Shown piece after piece: positions 58,808-64,000 of a stretch of DNA of 64,000 nt. A program made the position numbers and the translations under genes. The notes beneath the pieces are model-generated. The model ran no database searches. It saw nothing but the letters and a program-made list of their open reading frames with translations, and was not told where the DNA came from. This DNA comes from an uncultured Solirubrobacteraceae bacterium (lineage in GTDB: Bacteria > Actinomycetota > Thermoleophilia > Solirubrobacterales > Solirubrobacteraceae). The DNA lies in the NCBI GenBank assembly GCA_963764125.1, contig CAVXRR010000001.1:271773-335772 (forward strand), in the 5' to 3' direction. Position 1 is the stretch's first letter. Each line of letters opens with the position of its first letter.

Positions 58808-60219
58808 GGGTGGCGGGCGCGGCTCGCTCGACGTCCAGCGTCGCGCCGACGGCAGCGGCGATGGGCCGCGCCTTGGTCAGCGCCTCCTCGAGCTCGGTGC
58901 GCGGGTCCGAGTCGGCGACGATCCCGCCGCCGGCCCCGAGCCAAACGTGACCGTCGGCCAGCTCGAGGGTGCGGATGGCGACGTTGAGCTCGAGGCCGGC
59001 CACGGGGCTGGCGAAGCCGATGGCGCCGGTGTAGACCTCGCGCCCGGTCTGCTCGAGCTCGGCGATGACATGCAGCGATTGGACCTTGGGCGCGCCGGTG
59101 ACCGAGCCCGGCGGGAACGTCGCGCGCAGGACGTCGGCGTCGGTGACCTCGGGGCGCAGCCGGCCATGAACGTGGGAGACCAGGTGCCACAGGCCGGGAT
59201 GGGGCTCGGCGGTCGGGCGGCGAGGGGCGACGACCGTGCCGTACTCGGACACGCGCCCGAGGTCGTTGCGCATGAGGTCGACGATCATCACGTGCTCGGC
59301 GGCGTCCTTGACCGAGCCGCGCAGGGTCTCGAGGGCGGCGGCGGCCACGATGGGATCCGAATCGCGCGCGATCGTGCCCTTGATCGGGCCGGTGACGATC
59401 TGGCGGCCGCGCCGGCGCAGGAACAGCTCGGGCGAGAGCGAGGCGATGCCGCCGCGCGGGGTGGCGAAGGTCGCGCCGTAGGGCGGATCCACGTGCTCCA
59501 GCGCGGCCGCGAAGAGGTCGGTGGCGCTCGCGTCGGTCTCCCCGTGCAGGCGCAGGCAGAGGTTGGCCTGAAAGATCTCGCCGGCCGCGATCCGCCGGCG
59601 GCACTGGGCCACGGCATCGAGGTGGTGCTGGGCGTCGTGTGCGCTGAGATGCAACTGTGAGAGGTGCGGACGGGGGGCGGCGGGGGCCGGCCGGCGCAGC
59701 AGGGCGGCGAGATCGCGCAGGCGCTCCTTCAGCGCGTCGCGGCGGGCCTCGGTCACGAGGGCCTCGAACCACCACTGCCCGTCCGGGGTGCGGCGCAGCA
59801 CGTTGTCGTAGTAGGCGAGGTGGAACTCCGGGAGGACGACGGGCCGGTGGGCGTTGAGCGGGATGCGCTCGACCCGGCGCGGCCAGGCGGTAGCCCAGCC
59901 AGCCGAACCAGCCCCCGCCGACCGCCCCGGGCGCGGCGCCGGCGGCCACTGGCGGGAGCGCGTCGAGCAACGCGAACGGGTCGTCGGTGTCGGCGGCCTC
60001 GCGCAGCGGGCCGGCGCCGACGATGGCGCCCCCCGGGCGGGCTGGGTGGGGTGGGTGGGTCCAGTTCCCCGTGAGCGCGAAGGGCAGCGGCTCGCGCTGG
60101 GCGAGGAGCTGGAGCACCTGACCGGGGGAGAGGGCGCACTCCAGCGGCACGCGTTCGAGCGTCGCCGAAGGCGACGACGGCGGCGACGCTAAGGTGGGCT
60201 TGACCGGCACTCTGCTCAT
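58797..60219 (-). CDS. pabB: aminodeoxychorismate synthase component I; frameshift near 59880
   Basis: GGWFGWLGY, GEIFQANL, SPELFL, PIKGT, MIVDLMRNDL, FPPGSVTGAPK and GGGIVADS. Confidence 0.88.
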
Positions 60220-60237
60220 ACTGTACGAATTGGTCCA

Positions 60238-61105
60238 ATGACTGCGACGCTCATCGACGGCAAAGCCATCGCCCAACAGGTTCGCACCGAATTGCGCGAG
60301 GAGATCGACATCCTGGGTCGCCGGCGGCGGCCGCCGCCCCGGGCTGGCGACCGTGCTCGTCGGCGAGGACCCCGCCTCGGCGGTATACGTCGGCGGCAAG
60401 CAGAAGGCGTGCGCCGAGGTCGGAATCGAGGGCTTCGCCCACCACCTCCCCGCCGACACCGCTGAGGACGACGTCGTCGCGCTCCTGCACGAGCTCAACG
60501 CCGACGACCGCGTGTCGGGGATCCTGCTCCAGCTGCCCACGCCCGACCACATCGACGGCTCACATCTCACCACCCTGATCGACGCCGGCAAGGACGTCGA
60601 CGGGCTCACCCCGGTCTCGGCCGGCCTGCTGGCCAAGGGCCTGCCCGGGCTGCGGCCATGCACGCCCTCGGGCTGCATCGAGCTGCTCCGGCGCCACGAC
60701 GTCGCGCTCGAGGGCGCGGAGGCCGTCGTCGTCGGCCGCTCAGACCTCGTGGGCAAGCCCGTGGCCGCCCTGCTGCTGGCTGAGAACGCCACCGTGACAA
60801 TGTGCCACTCGCGCACCCGCGACCTCGCGGGGGTGTGCCGCCGCGCTGACGTGCTGATCGCCGCCGTGGGCCGGCCCGAGATGGTCAAGGGCTCCTGGGT
60901 CAAGCCCGGCGCCACCGTCATCGACGTCGGCATCAACCGCACCGACGCCGGTTTGGTCGGTGACGTGGAGTTCGCCTCGGCCGTCGAGGTGGCGGGGCTC
61001 ATCACCCCGGTGCCAGGCGGCGTCGGACCGATGACGATCGCGATGCTGCTGCGCAACACGCTGCAGGCTGCCCGGGCGGCCGACGCCGCGGCGTCGGTGG
61101 CGTGA
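60238..61105 (+). CDS. folD: methylene-THF dehydrogenase/cyclohydrolase; frameshift near 60310
   Basis: IDGKAIA, then [13 protein letters not shown]...K, KDVDG, PCTP, GRS.LVGKP and [11 protein letters not shown]. Confidence 0.93.
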
Positions 61106-61186
61106 CGCCTCTGCGACCCTCGAAACCGGGGGAGGGGGTATCGGCGGTTTACGGCTTGGCTGGGGAAGGGTGGGCTGCGGGGTGGT

Positions 61187-61313
61187 CGGCGACCTGCAAT
61201 CGGTGACAAATCGGCGTCGCGCATTCGGATTTGTCACGGAATGCATGCCCCACATGGTTTTCGTGCCAAAGCCGAACCGCTCGTGCGAGTTTGTCACCGA
61301 TCGCAGGTCGCCG
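61187..61313. repeat. MITE/REP-like element with 24-bp terminal inverted repeats and two internal 35-bp palindromic units
   Basis: cggcgacctgcaatcggtgacaaa (61187-61210) pairs with tttgtcaccgatcgcaggtcgccg (61290-61313) at 23/24. GTG[A/C]CAAA-N19-TTTGTCAC occurs at 61203 and 61263. Confidence 0.7.
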
Positions 61314-61361
61314 GGGAGCGGGGTCGCCGCCCCGCTGCGTCCCCTTTCCCCAGCCGCCGTT

Positions 61362-62504
61362 CTACGCGCTCGCGGCGAACGCAGGCTCCTGAGACAACAC
61401 CGTGTCCAGGGCCTCCAGCACCCGACTCGCGACCGCGCGGTCGGCGTTGACGCCCATCAGCCCGATGCGCCACATCGGGGGCGCCCCGGCCAGCCCGCCG
61501 CCGATCTCGATGCCGTGCTCCTGCAGCAGACGGCCGGCCACGGCCTTGCCGTCCACGCCCTCGGGGACCTTGATCGCGGTGAGCTGGGGCAGCTGGTACT
61601 CGCGCTCGGCGAGGAGCTCGAGGCCGCGGGAGCGCACCTCGTCCTGGAGGAAGCGCCCGGCGTCCATGTGGCGCGCCCAGCGGGCCTCCAGGCCCTCGAC
61701 GGCGACCTCGCGCAGGGCCTCGTGCAGCGCGTAGACGTGCAGGACCGGCGTGGTGTGGTGATAGGCGAGCGGTCGCTCCACCCAGTACTTGCGCAGCAGC
61801 GAGAGGTCGATCGCGTAGGGCACCGGCCGGGTGCGGGCGGCGATGCGCTCAAGCGCGCGGTCTGACACCGCCACCGGCGACATCCCGGGTGGCGCGCCGA
61901 CGCACTTCTGCGAGCAGGAGTAGGCGAAGTCGATCCCCCAGTCGTCAAAGCGCAGCTCGATGCCGCCCAGGGAGGTGACGCAATCGGCCATGAGCAAAAC
62001 GTCACGCTGACGCAAGGCGGCGCCGAGCTCGGCCAGCGGGTGCTGCACCCCCGTGGAGGTCTCGGCGTGCACGACGCACATCAGTCGCGCGGTGGGGTGC
62101 TGCTCAAGCGCTTCGAGCAAAGCGTCATTGGGAACGTGCTCGCCCCAGTCGGCCTCGACCTTGACCACGGTGGCGCCGAGCCGGGCGGCGATCTCCACCA
62201 GCCGGCGGCCGAAGAAGCCGTTGACGCCGACGATGACCGTGTCGCCGGGCTCGAGCAGGTGCGACAGCCCGCACTCCATGCCCGAGGTGCCGGTGGCCTG
62301 CAGCGGGAGCACCAGGCCGCCTGCAGCCAGGTAGGCGATGCGCTGGAGGGCGACGACCTCCAGCAGGATGTCGGCGAAGTCCGGGTCCATGTGGCCCAGC
62401 AGCGGCTTCTGCATCGCGGCCAGGGCGGCCGGTGAGACGTTGCAGGGGCCGGGGCCGCAGAGGAGCCGCTCGGGCGGGTTGGCGGGCGAGGGGATCTGAG
62501 TCAT
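61362..62504 (-). CDS. alanine/serine-glyoxylate aminotransferase (class V PLP)
   Basis: LLCGPGP, HAETSTG, DCVTS, SQKC and YHHT. Confidence 0.9.
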   Translation of the reverse strand: MTQIPSPANPPERLLCGPGPCNVSPAALAAMQKPLLGHMDPDFADILLEVVALQRIAYLAAGGLVLPLQATGTSGMECGLSHLLEPGDTVIVGVNGFFGRRLVEIAARLGATVVKVEADWGEHVPNDALLEALEQHPTARLMCVVHAETSTGVQHPLAELGAALRQRDVLLMADCVTSLGGIELRFDDWGIDFAYSCSQKCVGAPPGMSPVAVSDRALERIAARTRPVPYAIDLSLLRKYWVERPLAYHHTTPVLHVYALHEALREVAVEGLEARWARHMDAGRFLQDEVRSRGLELLAEREYQLPQLTAIKVPEGVDGKAVAGRLLQEHGIEIGGGLAGAPPMWRIGLMGVNADRAVASRVLEALDTVLSQEPAFAASA

Positions 62505-62618
62505 GCCGCGAGCTTAGTTGTGCCACGCGCGGGCAACCATCGACTGCGGTCTATGTGTTGTACAAATTCATCCAAATATGTTGCGCACCCCCATCCGGCG
62601 CACGTACGCTGCTGCGAC

Positions 62619-63653
62619 ATGAAGCCCACCCGCTCCCGCCTGCACCGCTCCGAACTGGCCGTACCCGGCTCCAACGTGCGCATGCTCGAGAAGGCGCCCA
62701 AGCTCGGCGCCGACATCGTGATGCTCGACCTGGAGGACGCCGTGGCCCCCGATGACAAGCCCCAGGCCCGGGCCAACGTCATCGCCGCCCTCAACGAGCT
62801 GGACTGGTCGGGGTGCAGCGTGTCGCTGCGGATCAACGGGCTGGACACGCACTACTGCTACCGCGACATCGTCGACGTCGTCGAGCAGGCGGGCCGGCAC
62901 CTGGACTCGATCATGATCCCCAAGGCGTCGGGCGCGGGCGACGTCCACCTCGTGGCCACGCTGCTGACCCAGATCGAAGAGGCGATGGGGCTGGAGCGCA
63001 AGATCGCGCTGTCGGTGCTCATCGAGACCGCGATCGGCATGGTCAAATGCGAGGAGATCGCCACCGCCTGTCCCGGGCGGATGGAGGCGATGGTGTTCGG
63101 CGTGGCCGACTACGCGGCGTCGCTGCAGAGCCACACCACTTCGATCGGCGGCACCAACCCCGACTACGCGATGCTCGCCGACCGCGAGGAAATCCTCTTC
63201 CTCGGCCAGGAGCGCGAGCACCACCTCGGTGACCAGTGGCACTACGCCCTGTCGCGCATCGCGGTGGTGTGCCGTGCCTACGGGCTGCGCCCGATCGACG
63301 GTCCCTTCGGCGACTTCACCGACCCCGAGGGCTACATCGCGTCGGCCCGGCGCGCCGCGGTGCTCGGCTACGAGGGCAAGTGGGCGATCCACCCCAGCCA
63401 GATCCAGCTGGCCAACGACGTGTTCACGCCCAGCGCCGACATCGCGCAGCGGACCCGGCGGATCATCGCCGCCATGGAGCAGGCCGCCGCGGAGGGCAAG
63501 GGCGCCGTGTCGCTCGACGGTCGGCTCATCGACGCCGCCTCGATCCGGATGGCCCAGAACCTGCTGGCCAAGCTCGACCAGATCGAGGCGCGACGCGACG
63601 ACCGCGCCTTCCTGCGGCACGACGACCGCGCGCCGCTGCGCAACGCCGGCTAG
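62619..63653 (+). CDS. mcl: malyl-CoA lyase-like (CitE/Mcl family)
   Basis: RLHRSELAVPGSN, LDLEDAVAPDDK, RINGLDTHY.YRD, IETA.G, FGVADYAAS, DQWH, RPIDGPFGDF and GKWAIHPSQI, closely resembling MclA. Confidence 0.82.
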   Translation: MKPTRSRLHRSELAVPGSNVRMLEKAPKLGADIVMLDLEDAVAPDDKPQARANVIAALNELDWSGCSVSLRINGLDTHYCYRDIVDVVEQAGRHLDSIMIPKASGAGDVHLVATLLTQIEEAMGLERKIALSVLIETAIGMVKCEEIATACPGRMEAMVFGVADYAASLQSHTTSIGGTNPDYAMLADREEILFLGQEREHHLGDQWHYALSRIAVVCRAYGLRPIDGPFGDFTDPEGYIASARRAAVLGYEGKWAIHPSQIQLANDVFTPSADIAQRTRRIIAAMEQAAAEGKGAVSLDGRLIDAASIRMAQNLLAKLDQIEARRDDRAFLRHDDRAPLRNAG

Positions 63654-64000
63654 CGAGGAGCGCGCGCGGCGGCGAGCTCGTCGCCGATCCGCGCCCGGAA
63701 CAGCGAGGAGTCGACGCCGACGGTGATCAGCCGGAAGCCGGCGGCCGCGCGCGCCCGCGCTTCCTCACCGCCGCCGTTGCAGTGCATCCCGGCGACGATG
63801 CCCGCGGCGGCGCACGCCTCGCGCACGCGCGTGATCGCCTGCTCGAGCACCTCGCCACCGTGACCGGGCTCGCGCCCCAGCCCCAGCGACAGATCCGAGG
63901 GGCCGATGTAGATCCCGTCGAGGCCGGCGGTGGCCGCGATCGCCTCGACGTTCTCCAGGCCCCCCCGGGTCTCGACCATGACGAAGCACAGGGCCCCGGC
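63650..64000 (-). CDS. HpcH/HpaI aldolase family, 5'-partial
   Basis: MVET..G..N...IA...G.DG.YIGPSDL; runs off the window end. Confidence 0.85.
   Translation of the reverse strand, partial: AGALCFVMVETRGGLENVEAIAATAGLDGIYIGPSDLSLGLGREPGHGGEVLEQAITRVREACAAAGIVAGMHCNGGGEEARARAAAGFRLITVGVDSSLFRARIGDELAAARAPR

Noticed and set aside
60238-61105. Programmed frameshifting or a pseudogene in folD
   Set aside because: No slippery heptamer is evident, and similar indels occur throughout the window, favouring assembly error.
61187-61340. ZTP (pfl) riboswitch near folD, prompted by CCGGGGAGCG
   Set aside because: It lies downstream of two convergent genes and lacks the 5' GACTGGCG and 3' pseudoknot elements.

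Overview
A 64 kb window of very high-GC actinobacterial-type DNA. Gene content and widespread TANNNT-N6-7-ATG leaderless starts suggest Thermoleophilia/Solirubrobacterales (inference). I find about 60 CDS and no rRNA, tRNA, CRISPR array or transposase. Single-base frameshifts break many genes, including the housekeeping gene folD, so most are probably assembly indels. The left half (1-34 kb) is accessory and signalling rich: a tandem hydrolase carrying an eCIS-type LQRxxGNxAV motif; a sigma28-driven GAF-PAS-GGDEF-EAL gene; a USP / KaiC-like ATPase / CarH-type HTH-pseudo-receiver / STAS / SigB-F module with eight 11-bp-phased repeats; an orphan CdiI; three regulator-MFS modules; an adenylate cyclase; and a signal peptide-collagen-Hcp fusion coupled to a Rickettsia-PKMT-like methyltransferase. 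The right half is more core-like: MCP, MMPL, two P450s, thiolase, GST, an ABC/two-component locus split by a REC-GGDEF-EAL gene, pabB/C, folD, a glyoxylate aminotransferase and a malyl-CoA lyase. The two best candidates for undescribed systems are the exported Hcp-collagen/lysine-methyltransferase locus (28.5-31.5 kb) and the KaiC-like/pseudo-receiver/sigma-factor module (4.6-8.6 kb). All family calls come from motif recognition by eye, not from database searches.
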